From positions 1,080,001 through 1,112,000 of the forward strand of contig NC_017039.1 in the NCBI RefSeq assembly GCF_000284455.1: a stretch of DNA of 32,000 nt, written 5' to 3'. The position numbers and the translations under genes were made by a program. This stretch comes from Synechocystis sp. PCC 6803 substr. PCC-P. Lineage in GTDB: Bacteria; Cyanobacteriota; Cyanobacteriia; Cyanobacteriales; Microcystaceae. Positions 31,440 through 32,000 of this stretch are shown in pieces; positions within the stretch are counted from its first letter, which is position 1, and each line of letters opens with the position of its first letter. The notes below the pieces were generated by a model. That model was not told where the DNA came from. It made no database searches and was given only the letters and a program-made list of their open reading frames with translations.

Positions 31440-32000
31440 CTAGTCCGCGGCCCTTGAATAATAAAAGCGATCTTCAATTGGAAGAACCTCACTCCCGTCG
31501 CTGAGCGTCATTTTACGATCAGTGCAGACTCGCATAAAGTGAATGCCAAATAAGGTGAGTGAGACATGAGCCTTAAAGCTCCTATTTCCATCTTGCATAT
31601 ACCATATACTAATCCTTGCTTCTTCATCGACCGGAGTGTCATCGTATTTATGGATTATCAAGAGGCCCAGACGCTCCAAGTTGTTCAGTGCAACGCTTAT
31701 CTGAACTATATTATATTTACGGGAGTCATTAGCATATGTGAATTCATCCGGTTTTGCCATTACTCTTAAGTGCAGAAGATATAGGACGTTCAACAGTTCA
31801 GCATCGACAATATCAACTTGTTTTAAGACTTCTACAAAAGACTTTGTTGAGTTAGTGCGATCAGATTCTGTTAAAGCAGAGGCAAGTAGGTTTGCCCAGA
31901 GGGTTTGCAGGTTTTCATCATCTTCGGAAAGTGCTGCACCCAGAAGTGGAAGACCAATCCGCAGAGGAAGACTAGAGATTTCTGGATTGCCCCGTTCAAT
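31440..32000 (-). CDS. DUF4393 (Abi-alpha)-like protein, 5' end beyond the window
   Basis: The tracked ORF starts at TTG 31793, but the frame is open for 69 more codons to base 32000: IERGNPEISSLPLRIGLPLLGAALSEDDENLQTLWANLLASALTESDRTNSTKSFVEVLKQVDIVDAELLNVLYLLH. The 'lPLRIGLPLL.AA..EDDE.LQ.LWANLLA.A......SFVEvLKQ...DA.LL' pattern resembles DUF4393/Abi-alpha proteins. Confidence 0.72.
   Translation of the reverse strand: MERGNPEISSLPLRIGLPLLGAALSEDDENLQTLWANLLASALTESDRTNSTKSFVEVLKQVDIVDAELLNVLYLLHLRVMAKPDEFTYANDSRKYNIVQISVALNNLERLGLLIIHKYDDTPVDEEARISIWYMQDGNRSFKAHVSLTLFGIHFMRVCTDRKMTLSDGSEVLPIEDRFYYSRAAD

Overview
The window is a cyanobacterial chromosome segment, apparently Synechocystis-like: frequent HIP1 palindromes (GCGATCGC) and psbZ, rps1, pyk and ISY100-type genes. 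Most of it is housekeeping: partial N-terminally open ORF with a pre-peptidase-C-like tail, CHAD protein, tRNA(CAU), recJ, sensor histidine kinase, DUF2079 protein, fructokinase, cytochrome b561, pentapeptide protein, HAD phosphatase, queG, ribH, psbZ, tRNA-Leu(CAA), M48 peptidase, rps1, an IS630/ISY100-like element, recF, an MsbA-like ABC exporter, pyruvate kinase, DUF1824-like and TIGR02652-like proteins, a two-domain PPK2, bioB, bioY and lspA. The right end (about 29.7-32.0 kb) looks accessory. It has a P-loop ATPase resembling the Sll1717-type family, preceded on the same strand by an edge-truncated ORF resembling DUF4393 (Abi-alpha). This pair is the best candidate for an under-described defence-like system. 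Other observations: an M48 peptidase gene whose 3' end contains the tRNA-Leu promoter and runs into the tRNA, inverted repeats in the psbZ leader, a composite MITE-like repeat, an interrupted ORF after the fructokinase gene, and a tRNA(CAU) with a weak anticodon stem. All family assignments come from motif recognition by eye; no database search was run.
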